Assembly: GCA_963422645.2 (NCBI GenBank)
Contig: CAXXVO010000004.1
Location: forward strand, 32,001 to 96,000
Direction of reading: 5' to 3'
Source: Alphaproteobacteria bacterium
GTDB lineage: Bacteria > Pseudomonadota > Alphaproteobacteria > UBA828
Length of the DNA: 64,000 bases
Numbering within the stretch: the first letter of the stretch is position 1; each line of letters begins with the position of its first letter. This document shows, one piece after another, positions 10,641-22,275 of the stretch. The position numbers and the translations under genes were made by a program. A model generated the notes under the pieces. The model saw only the letters and a list, made by a program, of their open reading frames with translations. It was not told the DNA's origin and made no database searches.

Positions 10641-11734
10641 CCCGACCTATTCGTGGAGAGCCTTGCACTTGAGGCTCGATTGATGGGTCGCGTCGGGGCC
10701 AGACGCCGTTTGGCGCCGGGATCTGAGGATGGTCGTTATCGGGTTGAGGGTTGAACGGGCCTGGGTGATCGGGGCTCGGCGCCCCTTCGCTCAGGGACCT
10801 GCCGCGGCGAGACGGCCTGCCAGCAGGCGGAAGAGAGCGGCGTCGGGGCAGGCCGAGGTGAAGTGGATGCGGACGCGGGTGGCCTTCTCGATGACGCGGG
10901 CGCCGATCTTGAGCAGTCTCAGCCTCAGGGTTGCGAACTCTGCACGGGCGAGGGGCGCGGCACGGGGGATGGCGTCGCGCAGGGTGAGCATGAGCCAGTA
11001 GGCTGCGGTGTGCAGGACCAGCCTGAGCTGGTTGGCGATCGGGCTCTGGCAGGAGGTGCGGTCCGAGGCGAGCTGGCCCTTGTGCAACTTGATCAGGTTC
11101 TCGGCCTGGCCGCGGGCGCAGTAGACGTCTTCGTAGAGACGGCGGGGATCGCCTTCGAGCGAGGTGACGATATAGCGGGCATCGAAGCCGCGCGTGCTCG
11201 CCTCGAGCCGGGCGACGACCCGGCGTTCGCGGTCCCAGGAGCGGGCGGCGTAGGCGAAGGCGGCGAAGGCCCGCATCCTGTCTGCGCCGGCCTCTGCGCG
11301 GCGGACCTTGAGATCGTCGGCCGCCTCGTATGCGAGAGCGTGCAGCGCGCGATTGCCCGCGAGGCCGAAGATGTAGTCGACGCCGTTCTCCTCGCACCAG
11401 GCCATGGCTTGCGTGCGGCCGTAGTGGCTGTCTCCCTGGAAGACGATCCGGGTGCGCGGCCAGTGCCGGCGGATGCGGCGGACCAGATGCTTGACGAGGG
11501 TACGGACCTCGGACCCCGACGGCGTCTTTCCCGGGCGCAGGAGGACCGCCACCGGCTTGCCACGTTCCACATGATAGACGTGAACGGGCAGGAAGCAGCG
11601 CGTGTCGTAATGAGCGTGGAAGAGCGAGAGCTGCTGGTGGCCGTGCACGGCATCGCAGGTGTCGTCGATATCGAGGGTGATGGCGGCGGGAGGGGCGGGG
11701 AAGGAGCGACAGAAGAGATCGACCAGCGCCGCCG
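10641..11734 (-). mobile_element. IS1380-family element, 5'-truncated (transposase fragment 10791-11734)
   Basis: ITLDIDDTCDAVHGHQQ, GDSHYG, YCARGQAENLIK; terminus CCCGACCTATTC near 10641; cut at ~11735 by an IS21-type end. Confidence 0.9.
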
Positions 11735-12351
11735 TGTCGGTGATCATCCAAAAGCGCGGATAGTTGATCATTTTGCCCGGTGGGCGCGGTGAGGCGCTTG
11801 CCGCCGCTATGGCGGTTGGAGGCGTTCCTCGACGGAGCTGTGGTTAAGTAGCCCGCCGCAGCGACCGGCGACGAGTCTGGCGGCGGCGGGCTACTTTTCC
11901 ACAGCGGGCATCCAGCACGCGGCCAGCGGTCCCTCGGACCTGACAGCGGGATCGGCGGGAGTACACTCGGCCGGCTGAGAACGATGCGACGCCGGCCCGA
12001 TCTGCTTGGCGGCAACGGCCGGCGCCGCACCCCCCGGGCCATGCCGGGCACGGCCCAGACGCGCAGTATCGTGCGGCTTTTGGCGGGGGTCCACCCCGTT
12101 CTCATCGGTCGCGATGAAGAACGCCGCCCGCCTGTTCGCCTGCGCCTCCTGTCACCGTCAGGTCGTCCTTTGCCGGCGCTGCGACCACGGCAACATCTAC
12201 TGCTCCAGGGGTTGTGGCGATCGGGCGCGGCAGCATGCGCAACGCCTTGCCGGGCGGCGCTACCAGAACAGCCGGCGGGGCCGTCACAAGCATGCGCAGC
12301 GCCAGCGCCGCTACCGCGAACGCCGCCGGCGCCGGGCGCCGGAGAAGCGGC
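11735..12351 (+). mobile_element. Left end of an IS21-like element carrying a Zn-finger ORF, truncated
   Basis: TG-starting end with repeated TGATCAT motif (TGTCGGTGATCATCC...TTGATCATTTT) that interrupts IS1380. Confidence 0.55.
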
Positions 12352-12422
12352 TATGGCGCGACAATCTGAGTGAGACGCGCGCGGCAATCAGGATAAGATT
12401 CCTGGCGGCGGCGGCGTGCTGA
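12114..12422 (+). CDS. Small basic Cys-rich (Zn-finger) protein; native C-terminus cut at ~12352
   Basis: MKNAARLFACASCHRQVVLCRRCDHGNIYCSRGC followed by an Arg-rich helix. Confidence 0.7.
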   Translation: MKNAARLFACASCHRQVVLCRRCDHGNIYCSRGCGDRARQHAQRLAGRRYQNSRRGRHKHAQRQRRYRERRRRRAPEKRLWRDNLSETRAAIRIRFLAAAAC

Positions 12423-12572
12423 GGATTCCGCTCCGTGGCGGTTATTGCAAGCTCTTTTTGGTTTTGATTGTCGCGGCGCGACAGTTTTTTGGAGCCGCCA
12501 GATTGACGCAGAGAAGAAGCGGCCCGCGGGGGTCGATCTCCCGCGGGCCGCGAGTGGATCAGTGGTGGCGGG

Positions 12573-13415
12573 TCAGTCCTTGGTGGTGTTTTTCTCGGTG
12601 GCGAAGTTCGCCGGGCGCCCCCGCTTTCTCTTGCTCTTATCGAGTGCGGCCCGGCGCCGGAAGCTCTCGACGTTCATCTCAAGGATGGTGGCATGGTGGA
12701 CCAGGCGATCGACGGCGGCCACCGCCGTGGTTTCGTCTGGGAACACCTTGCCCCACTCCCCGAAGGGCTGATTTGCGGTGATCAGCAGCGATCGGCGCTC
12801 ATAGCGTGCGGAGATGAGTTCGAAGAGCACGCCGGTCTCGGCCTGATCCTTCCGCACATAGGCGAGGTCGTCGAGGATCAGGAGGTTGAAGCGGTCGAGC
12901 CGGGCCAACAGGCTTTCCAGCGCGAGCTCGCGCCTTGCAACCTGCATGCGCTGCACCAGATCGGTGGTTCTGGTGAACAGCACGCGGTATCCGTTCTCGA
13001 CCAGGGCGAGGCCGATAGCGGACGCGAGATGGCTCTTGCCGACGCCTGGCGGGCCGAAGATCAGGCAGTTGGCGCCCTGGGTGAGCCAGGCGTCGCCGGC
13101 GGCCAGCGCGTTGACCTGAGCCTTTGAGATCATCGGCACGACGTTGAAGTCGAAGGAGGCGAGGGTTTTGCCAGGCAGCAGCTTTGCCTCCTTGAGATGC
13201 CGCTCGATCCGCCGCCGGTCGCGTTCGGCGAGCTCGTGCTCGGTCAGGGCTGCGAGGAAGCGGGCCGCGGTCCATCCCTCCTTGTCGGCCCGCTTGGCGA
13301 AGCTCTGCCAGAGTTGGCTGATCGTCGGCAGGCGGAGATCGGTGAGCATCAAGGAGAGCTTCATGGCGTCGACCTTGTTGGGGTCGGGCGCGGTCATGTC
13401 GTCCTTGTCGGTCAT
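12573..13415 (-). CDS. istB: IS21 helper ATPase
   Basis: GPPGVGKSHLA Walker A, LLILDDLAY Walker B, AAVDRLVHH. Confidence 0.95.
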   Translation of the reverse strand: MTDKDDMTAPDPNKVDAMKLSLMLTDLRLPTISQLWQSFAKRADKEGWTAARFLAALTEHELAERDRRRIERHLKEAKLLPGKTLASFDFNVVPMISKAQVNALAAGDAWLTQGANCLIFGPPGVGKSHLASAIGLALVENGYRVLFTRTTDLVQRMQVARRELALESLLARLDRFNLLILDDLAYVRKDQAETGVLFELISARYERRSLLITANQPFGEWGKVFPDETTAVAAVDRLVHHATILEMNVESFRRRAALDKSKRKRGRPANFATEKNTTKD

Positions 13416-13726
13416 GCCGCGTCTCCCGCGCTCAGCAGTGCGCCGTAGCCGACAAGCGGCGCCCTGGCGATGTCGACGCTGGGCATCTTGCCGCGCTGCG
13501 GCGCGAAGCGCGGCTTGAGCTCGCCGGGATCGGGCAGTTGGCCGGCCTTCAACGCACGATCGATCTCCGTGGCCAGCTCGGCCTCGCAGCTCTCCTCATG
13601 CGCGAGCGCCAGGAGGCCGACGGCGAGGCGGCAGGCCTCGCGCTCGCTCAGCCGCTCAAGGGCTCTCTCGAAGCAGCGCCGGTAGGCCTCGCGCGGGAAC
13701 AACTCGTCGCGATAGACCAGATGCCG
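13412..13726 (-). pseudogene. istA: IS21 transposase C-terminal fragment
   Basis: RHLVYRDELFPREAYRR...LLALAHEESCEAELA overlapping the istB start. Confidence 0.85.
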
Positions 13727-13989
13727 TAATGGGGCTCGGCACCAATCGGCACCGTTGAAGCCTGTCGCGATGGTAGCGAATCGGGTGTCGTTGCCCTTAC
13801 ACGCTCAGCGTGTTCACGGGGTCTTGCCGCAAGGCGCGCCCCAATTCCTCGAAGGAAAGGGCAACGACATGGACGTCTATATCGGGCTGGATGTATCGCT
13901 GGCAAGCACGTCAATCTGCGTCATCGGCGAGAAGGGGAAGATCGTTACCGAGGCGCAGGTAGCCAGCACGCCTGAAGCACTCGTTGCTT
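13727..13989 (+). mobile_element. IS110-family left end with non-coding leader and transposase N-terminus (ATG 13869), truncated by IS3
   Basis: MDVYIGLDVSLASTSICVIGEKGKIV is the DEDD RuvC-like N-terminus. Confidence 0.85.
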
Positions 13990-14028
13990 TGAACCGCTCC
14001 GGCTTTCCCGGAGGCAGTTTGGTTTGAG

Positions 14029-14934
14029 TCATGCAGCCATATTGAGGTTCTCGCTGGCGGCATAGTGATTTGCTTCGGCCTCAGCGGGCGGGATGTTACC
14101 GATGGGGCCGAGCAGGCGTTGATTATTGAACCAGTCCACCCATTCGAGGGTGGCGTATTCGACGGCCTCGAACGATCTCCACGGGCCGCGCCGGTGGATC
14201 ACCTCGGCCTTGTAGAGGCCGTTGATCGTTTCGGCCAACGCGTTGTCGTAGCTGTCGCCGACACTGCCGACCGATGGATCGATCCCGGCTTCGGCCAGAC
14301 GCTCGGAGTATTTGATCGACAGGTATTGGACGCCGCGGTCGCTGTGATGCACGAGGCCCGATCCCCTGGCGGGCTTCCGGGCGTGTATCGCCTGTTCCAG
14401 GGCATCCAGAACGAAGCTTGCATGAGCCGTGCGGCTCACCCGCCATCCGACGATCCGGCGTGCGAAGGCATCGATCACGAAGGCCACATAGACGAACCCG
14501 GCCCAGGTCGCGACATAGGTGAAGTCCGCCACCCACAGACGATTGGGCCCGGGCGCCTGGAACTGCCGGTTCACCTTGTCGAGCGGGCACGCCGCTCCCT
14601 TGTCGCTGACCGTGGTCTTCACCGGCTTGCCCCTGATCGCCCCGGCAAGGCCGAGATCGCGCATCAGCCGCTCGACGGTGCAGCGGGCAACGTCCAGGCC
14701 TTCGCGCCGTAGCTGGCGCCAGATCTTGCGGGCGCCATAGACCGAGTAGTTCGTCTCGAAGACGCGCTCGATCTCCGCCATCAGTACCAGATCACGCCGG
14801 GCACGATCCGGCAGCAGCGACGGATCGCGCTGTCTGCCGGCATGAAGCCGGTACGTGGACGGGGCGATCGGCAGAACCTTGCAGATCGGCTCGACCCCAT
14901 AGGTATCGCGATGCTCGTCGATGAAGGCGATCAT
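14029..14934 (-). CDS. IS3 OrfB DDE integrase core
   Basis: [35 protein letters not shown]. Confidence 0.95.
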   Translation of the reverse strand: MIAFIDEHRDTYGVEPICKVLPIAPSTYRLHAGRQRDPSLLPDRARRDLVLMAEIERVFETNYSVYGARKIWRQLRREGLDVARCTVERLMRDLGLAGAIRGKPVKTTVSDKGAACPLDKVNRQFQAPGPNRLWVADFTYVATWAGFVYVAFVIDAFARRIVGWRVSRTAHASFVLDALEQAIHARKPARGSGLVHHSDRGVQYLSIKYSERLAEAGIDPSVGSVGDSYDNALAETINGLYKAEVIHRRGPWRSFEAVEYATLEWVDWFNNQRLLGPIGNIPPAEAEANHYAASENLNMAA

Positions 14935-15180
14935 CGCTTGAGTGGGCGGTCGAGCTCCGCCTGGGCAAAATAGGCACTGGCTTTGCGCAGAATCTCGTTC
15001 GCCTGGCGCAGCTCGCGAACCTCGCGTTCCAGCGCCCTGACCCGCGCACGATCGTCGCTGGTCATGCCCGACCTGGCGCCGCTGTCTTGTTCAGCCCGAC
15101 GGACCCACCGCCGCAGCGTCTCGGTCGTGCAGCCGAACTTCGCCGCGATCGAACACATCGCCGCCCATTGCGAGCCATGC
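14931..15180 (-). pseudogene. IS3 OrfA, 5'-truncated
   Basis: [41 protein letters not shown]. Confidence 0.9.
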
Positions 15181-15860
15181 TGTCAATCTCAATGCGCATG
15201 TATCTTCGCTTCCTCGTATCGGAGGGCAGCGTAGCGGCGGCGCTGGTCGAGGTCGTGCCGACAGTACCGCAGTGGCGGTTGTCGACCCTGCCACGGTACA
15301 TCCCGGCCGAAGATGTCGAGCGCACCATCGCGTCCTGCGGTGACGGCTTCGTAGGCGTACGCGACCGGGCGATCCTGCTGCTCTTGGCACGGCTAGCGCT
15401 GCGGGCAGGGGACATCGCTGCTCTGCGTCTCGGTGACATCGACTGGGACAGGGCGGAGATTCGTGTTCCCGGAAAATCACGACGGCACACGGCATTACCG
15501 CTGCCCCAGGACGCCGGCGATGCGCTCTATGCCTATATCACGACGGCGCGGCCGAAGGTGGACGAACCGCAGGTGTTCCTCTGTTCGAGAGCGCCTTATC
15601 GGCCGTTCGCCAAGAGTGCTGTCACCGCCATAGCCCGTCGCGCTCTGGACCGAGCCGGGGTCGCGACCCCCGCTACACGCGGGGCCCATGTGTTCCGGCA
15701 CAGCCAAGCCACGAACCTGCTCCGGTCCGGCGCCTCACTGGACGCGATCCAGTTGCTGCTTCGGCACGCTTCCCCGAACACCACCATGATCTACGCCAAG
15801 ACGGATGCGCTAATGCTTGGCGAGATCGCCCAGCCCTGGATCGGAGGGATGGGAGAATGA
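15181..15860 (+). pseudogene. RitA-type tyrosine recombinase, 5'-truncated
   Basis: RDRAILLLLARLALRAGDI, AHVFRHS, LRHASPNTTMIYAK. Confidence 0.85.
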
Positions 15861-16705
15861 AGAACTCAGCCCGTATGACCGAGCATGTGGAGCGCTTCGT
15901 CGCGATGAAACGGAACCTCGGCTATCAGTTTAAGCAACAGGAATGGACGCTCTCGGGCTTTGCTCGATATGCCGAAGACCGTGATGAGACATTCATCCGT
16001 TCCGAAACCGTCCTTGCGTGGATACGGTCATGCGAGGCGTCATCGCCAAGCCAGCGCATCGCAAAACTGCATCTCTTGCACGCATTTGCCGGCTGGCTGC
16101 ATGCCGAGGACACACGCCACGAGGTGCCGCATCGTGATGCCCTGGGTCATCAGCGGAAGCGAAGACCGCAGCCCTATCTGGTATCCGCTCCGCAGATCCG
16201 GAAACTGCTGACGGCGGCGCTGTCCGCCGCACCAGCCGGCACAATCACCCCGCTGACTTGGCATTACCTGTTCGGTCTCATCGCCGCCACGGGCCTGCGT
16301 TGCAGCGAAGCCCTCGCACTGACCCTGGACGACGTTACCGCAGACGGCCTCATCATCCGCGAGACCAAGTTCCGCAAATCCCGCATGGTCGCGCTACATC
16401 CGACCACTTGTGACGCGTTGAACCGCTATCTTCAGGTGCGATGCAAGGAGAAAACCGCCGACCGGCATCTGTTCGTAATCACGACCGGTGGGCGGCCAAG
16501 CAGGCACTGTGCGAAATCAGCGTTCCGTAAACTTGCGGAACAAACAGGCCTCCGAAAACCCAGCGCGGCACGCGGACCGACGATCCACTCATTGCGGCAC
16601 TCCTTTGCCGTCCGGTCCATCGAGAACCTCGATCTCGGCGCCGATCCAGGCCGCCACATGCTCGCGCTTGCCACATATCTCGGCCACGCCAAGGTCTCCG
16701 GAACC

Positions 16706-19064
16706 TCAGACTTCCTGACCTCTGCTGATTTTAGGTGACACGAGCCGCGCGGATTCCGAGGCCCCGTCGATGTCGTAGACTATGCGCAGACGGGTGCCGG
16801 GGAAGACCGTTTCGGTGGCGTTCAGGTCGCTCAGAACCGCATCGATCCAACGGTCGCAGGCGTCGTTTGCGAGGCCAAGAATGTGGACCCGCAGGAGGCC
16901 ATTGCCAGGATCCGGCAGGATGTCGGCATCGGCGGTGAGCAGCGCTTGAAGCAGTTTCCGGGGATGGGGCTTGTGGCCCTGCGCCTGCATGACGGGAAGC
17001 ATCATGCGGGTTTCGGCGCGGTAGGCGATCATCCGGATGACGTCGAGGAGGAGGCGCTCGCGCGCGGGCAAGGCATCGAGCTGCTCGGCTTCGTCGAGGT
17101 CGCCGGCCCGGCAGTGCTTGGGCGTCTCCCTGCGGCTGGCCCTGACGATGTCGCGGACATCCTGGAGGTCCCTGACTTCCCTCCTGAGTTCCGCCGTCGG
17201 CTGCTTCTTCCGGGCCGTGTCGGCGATGCGGTTGCGCAGGCGGCCAAGCTGGCGGTCGAGGCGATGGATTGCCTTGTCATAGGCCCGCCGCAGCGGGTTG
17301 ACGACCATGGCGGCGGGATCGAGAGGCTCGAGCTCGTGGGTCGGCAGGGCGTCGAGATTGAACTCGTCACGCATGTACTTGAAGAAGTTCTCCTGCGACC
17401 AGCGCGAGAACATGGCGCCCGCAACCTCAGCCATCGGCTTGTGCGGATCGGTGGTGATCAGCGGCACCTGACGGCCGTTGTCGAGCAGGCGGCGGATCTG
17501 GCGCACCCTGAAGCCGTTCGGCAACGTCACCGGCTTCTCAGCCAGCCGCATGGTGGCGCTGCCGTCCGCCGCCGGTCCGTGAATGGGAACGGTCATCGCG
17601 CCGAAGTCCTCGGCCGGCCAGTCCTCGCCCCTGAAGTTCTTGTGCCAGGTCAGGCAGGCGACGCCGCGCCTCGCCAGCCGGCGGAACAGATCCGGGCTCC
17701 AGCCCTCGCGGTCGAAGACCAGGGTGAGCGCCGGCTGGCCGGGATGCTCGGCGGTCAGGTCCGGCGCCCCGGCGCCAACGATCCCAAGCTCCTGCAGCGC
17801 CGGCACCACGTCGGCTTCGATGGCCGCGACCATCTTCGGGTCCAGCGGCTTGTGCAGACAGAGCAGCGGCTTGCCGCCCAGAGCGTTGATCCAGTAGCTG
17901 GCGCTCGCCGGCAGGCACAGCTTCTCGCGCGAGACGAAGTGCTTGGGCAAGCGCCCCTTGCGGCCGGAGTAGACCTTGACGTGCCCGTCGATGGCCAGCG
18001 TCGCCCAGAGCTCCGGCTCGTCGGCCTTGCCAGCGCCTGGCAAGGGCGAGCTGCCACGCCCGCACGCCGGCCTCGTCGTCGGCGATGAGAGCGATCTTGC
18101 GGCGCAGCGTCTTGACCTCGGGGCAGCGATCGAGGCCGAGAATGGCGCCCCATTCGCCCGGCGCCTGGTAGCGCAGGCTCTCGGGGTTGCGCACCCGCGC
18201 CAAGGTCATGAAGGCCAGGAAGAGCAGGATCGTAGGCAAGCCGTAATAGCCCTTCGGCAGCAATGGCAGGAGACCGGTCTCGGAGAGAAGACCTTCCTTC
18301 AGCAGGGCCGGCAGGGCGGCGAGCACGCCGCCGAAGCGGACACCGCGGGCGGCGGCGGCGAACTGCGGTTCGACCGGCCCCGCCTGTCCACAACTGGCCA
18401 GAACCCGAGCCGGAACATCGCAAGTCGCACGCCCCATCGGCGCCTGCCGGTCCCGCCGATCGCGCGCGCTGCGATCCGTTTGCGGCTGCGCTTCCAGCCC
18501 CGGCGCCGTCTCCGGCCCCGGGGCACCGGTACTCTCTTCATCGACACGGCCTTCAGGAGCCGCACCCGCGTCAGGCGGCGCAGCCAGCGCTGAGCGTCCG
18601 GGCTCCCCATCCGCCTCCGTGTTGCCGATCAGTCCCTGACGGCGCCACTTGTTGACCGATGGCGCTGACACGCCGAGAACCCGGGCCGCCGCAGAGCCGC
18701 TCAGGCCCGATGCCAGCAACGCCGTCGCCTTCTCCGCCAACTCCGGAGTGAACACCGACGGCCCGCGACCGCGCCGGGGCTTCATGAACCCCGCTTCGCC
18801 CTCGGCCAGGTAGCGCCGTCGTGCGCGCTGCACCGTCGCGCGCGAGACAGCGAAAGCGTCAGCCAGTTCCTGCGGCGAGACCGCGCTGATCGCCGCGAGG
18901 CGGCCGATCCGCAAGAGCATGGCCGTGCGGTCATCGGCGGCGTGGCTGTCAAAGGGAATGAGGTTGGAAAAGTAGGTGAAGGTGTCGTCCGAGATCAGGA
19001 CGGCGAAGCAGCTGTTGCCGATCGAGACCGCCTCTGGAGGGCACATTGGGAGGGTACTGGGCAT
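16706..19064 (-). pseudogene. Putative transposase of about 785 aa with one frameshift near 18028
   Basis: N-terminal HTHs; IDGHVKVY, VFDREGW, RWSQENFFK acidic motifs; ORFs 17538-19064 and 16706-18043 join if one base is removed; stop codon lies at the TIR. Confidence 0.75.
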
Positions 19065-19218
19065 GGTTGAGACCGTGCAATTGGTATCAAATTATAATAT
19101 CAGACCTCGGGCGCGACACCCAGCGAAAAACCGCCTGAAACAACCGAAATGTATCAGAATTCAAGGAGTTCCCGGCACGCTGCCCAGAACAGCCAGCATC
19201 ACGAGGTCAGGAAGTCTG
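16707..19218 (-). mobile_element. Unclassified IS (2512 bp) with a large DDE-like transposase
   Basis: Perfect 16-bp TIR CAGACTTCCTGACCTC; 5-bp TSD AACCT (16702-16706, 19219-19223). Confidence 0.9.
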
Positions 19219-19534
19219 AACCTATTGGTACCTGGAGGCAACGCCCATTCTGTTACGCGGCATTGCCGAGGCCACGGAACAGACGCACAGAAATGGAGGA
19301 AGTTGTCATGACTGATCTCGCTCCCCACCTCACCGCGTTCCTGCAGGACTATTTGCCCAACGAGCGGCGCTTCAGCCGCCATACCGTACGCAGCTACACG
19401 GATTGCTTCCGGCTCCTCGTACTCTACGCGGCGGACCAGATCAAAGCCCGTCCCAGCGCCATGAAGATCGAGCACTTCACGGTAGCGCTCCTGGTAGCCT
19501 TCCTCGAATCCCTGGAGAAAGATCGAGAAAATAG

Positions 19535-21423
19535 GTAACTGCCCAGGTCGTCTGATTTGTCATTTTGGGCCAGTGGATTGAGGCGTTTCTCGTTCGGAGT
19601 TGGTGGAAAGGGCTTGACGGGAATTTCGGGAAATGACTCAACAACGACATGAGCAATCCCGAGTCGCCGCGCGGCCCTTCGACGGGAGCAGCGCCCGAAA
19701 CGCCCGCGCAGAAGATCGCCCGCCTGGAGGAGGAGAACGCCCGGCTTCGGGAGGAAAATGCCTGGCTTCGGCAGCAGAACGCGCGGCTGGAAGAGCAAGT
19801 CGCGCGTCTCGTCGAGCGCATCGAGGAGTTGGAGCGCCGTCTCGGCCTCAACAGCGGCAACAGCGGCAAGCCGCCTTCGAGCGATGGGCTGAGGAAGCCG
19901 AATTCGAAGCGGCGAACCCGAAGCCTGCGCGGCAAATCGGGCCGCAAGCCCGGTGGCCAGCCCGGCCACAAGGGCAAGACGCTGCGCCGCGCCGATCACC
20001 CGGATCGGGTGAAGGATCACGTCCCGGCTTCCTGCAAGGGATGCGGTTCGCCGCTTTCGGACGCGGCCAGGGCGGGAACGCCCGTCGCCCGCCAGGTGTT
20101 CGATCTGCCCGAGCCGAGCCCCCTGGAGGTGACCGAGCACCGGGCGCATGCCAAGTGCTGCGGGCATTGCGGGACGGTGACCCGGGCGGCGTTCCCCGAC
20201 GGGGTGTCGGCGCCGGTGCAGTACGGCCCGCGCATTGCCGGGGTGGCGGTCTACCTTCAGCACGCTCACTTCCTGCCGGAGGATCGGCTGTCGCAGGTGA
20301 TGGCCGAGCTCTTCGGCGCGCCGGTGACGGCTGCGACGTTGGCGACGATGAGCGAGAGGGCGGCCGAGCGGCTTGCGGGACGCGGCCTTGCACATACAGG
20401 ACCTGGCGGCGGGCACGGCGCGGGTGAAACACATGGACGAGACCGGCTTGCGGATCGGCGGTCAGACGCAGTGGCTTCATGTGATCTGCACGCCGCTGCT
20501 GGCGGCGTACCGGGTCAGCGGCAAGCGCGGCGCCCTGCTCTCGGGTGTCTCCGGCATCGTCGTGCACGATCACTGGAAGCCGTACTTCGCGATGGAAGGG
20601 GTGGAGCACGGCCTGTGCAACGCCCATCACCTGCGGGAGTTGCAGGCGCTGGTGGACATCGAAGGGGAGGCTTGGGCCCGGCGGATGCAGCAGCTCCTGC
20701 GCCGAGCCAATCGCGCCGCCCGCATCGCGCTGGACAAGGATATCGCCGTTCCGGCGAGGCTTGTGGCGCTGATCGAGCGCCGATACGACGAGATCATCGC
20801 CGATGCGCTGGCCTTTCACGAGAGCCAACCACCGTTCTCGCCTGGCAAGAGGAAGAAGCGCCGGAAGCGAAGGATCGGTCACAATCTGGCCTTGAGGCTG
20901 CGCGACCACAAATGCGCGGTGCTCCGGTTCCTGATCGACCTCGAGGTCGGGTTCACGAACAACGAGGCCGAGCGCGACCTTCGGATGATGAAGCTGCGCC
21001 AGAAGATCTCCGGGGGCTTCCGGTCCGCGCAGGGGGCCGAGAACTTCGCCATCCTGCGCAGCGTCATCACCACCGCCAGAAAGCAGGGCTGGAATATCAT
21101 CGAAGCCCTGACCAGCCCATCGGATCGGCTCATCGCCACCGTCAAGTGCGCGTAAGCTCACCTGGCACGGGTTCTCCAACAGCGGAGCCATTCTCATAAA
21201 CGATCATGGTCGACGCCGTGCTGGACCACCCCATAGAATGAAAATCGGTGCCCGTCGCGCGGGCGGACTTCGGGCCACATCGGGGTAGCTTACCGGTCGC
21301 AGTCCGCAAGAGGGGCATCGTGAGCTGTGAAACCCGGCGACCCCAGAGGAGCACACGGGCGTCGCGTGGGTAGCGTTGTGCCGAATCCCAGAGAATTTTC
21401 ACAGCAAGAACCTGGGCAGTTAC
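19535..21423 (+). mobile_element. IS66-family single-ORF (ISBst12-like) element
   Basis: TIR GTAACTGCCCAGGT/ACCTGGGCAGTTAC; 8-bp TSD GAAAATAG/AAAAATAG (7/8). Confidence 0.92.
19649..21155 (+). pseudogene. IS66 transposase, frameshifted near 20380
   Basis: NSGKPPSSD, Zn fingers, HMDETG, CNAHHLREL, TNNEAERDLR split across two frames. Confidence 0.88.
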
Positions 21424-22207
21424 AAAAATAGTATCGGTAGCCGCAATAACCGCCTCGCCGCCATCAAGGCATTCTTCCGTTATCTGGAATACCGTGTCCC
21501 GAGCTGCCTGGACCACGCACTGCAGGTACGCGCCATCCCTCATAAGCGCGCCGACAAGCCCCTGATCGACTGGCTGGATCAAACCGAAATGCAGTCGATC
21601 CTGGATGCTCCGAATACCCGGACGGTGGCGGGCCTTCGTGATCGGGCGATGCTGCACCTGTGCTACGCCGCCGGGCTGCGGGTCTCGGAACTGACCGCGC
21701 TCACGCTGGACAGCCTCACGTCTCCGCAGGCTGAGGCCATCCGTATCCTGGGTAAGGGACGGCGTGAGCGCGAACTGCCACTGTGGAAGGAAACGAAAAC
21801 CGTCCTTCTTGCATGGCTGGATGTCCGGCCGAATGTAAATAACCGCTACCTGTTCCTGAACGCTCGGGGACGGGCGATGAGTACGGACGGCTTCGCATAC
21901 ATCCTCAAACAGCATGTCGTCTCGGCATCGCAGACGATCCCATCGCTCAAGGAAAAGCGAGTGACCCCGCATGTGCTCCGTCACTCGACGGCGATGGCGA
22001 TACTGCACGCTACCGGGGACATCCGGAAGGTCTCGCTGTGGCTTGGTCATGCGGATATCAGGACCACTGAGGTGTATTTGCGCGCTAGTCCGGCCGAGAA
22101 GCTGGAAATACTTGCTGCTAACGCTCCCCCAGGCATCAAGCGCGGTACCTTCGCTGGCGTGAAGGATGACCTGATGAAGATTCTCCGCGGGACCTGAAGC
22201 CCAAGAA

Positions 22208-22275
22208 TTAATGCCGAGCGGATGTGCGGAAAACCCGCACTGACGAGCCGTTTTCTGCACGTCGCTCGGCATTAA
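22208..22275. repeat. Inverted repeat at the RIT right end
   Basis: TTAATGCCGAGCG...CGCTCGGCATTAA perfect 13-bp arms, extending imperfectly to about 26 bp. Confidence 0.8.

Larger units (their letters stand above)
12352..13726 (-). mobile_element. IS21-family element, 5'-truncated
   Basis: istB plus istA tail; right end with repeated GCGACAATC/GCGGCAATC motifs. Confidence 0.85.
13990..15180 (-). mobile_element. IS3-family (IS51/IS629-like) element lacking its left end
   Basis: Right end TGAACCGCTCCGGCTTTCCCGGAGG; orfA and orfB overlap. Confidence 0.9.
15857..19315 (+). pseudogene. RitB-type tyrosine recombinase split by an IS (15857-16706 + 19224-19315)
   Basis: TGLRCSEAL, HSLRHSFA, LGHAKVSG|TYWYLEATP is restored when the insertion is removed. 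Confidence 0.9.
19308..22197 (+). pseudogene. RitC-type tyrosine recombinase split by IS66
   Basis: MTDLAPHLTAFLQDYL...DREN|SIGSRNNRLAAIKAFF...GLRVSEL, PHVLRHS, LGHADIRTTEVY. Confidence 0.9.
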
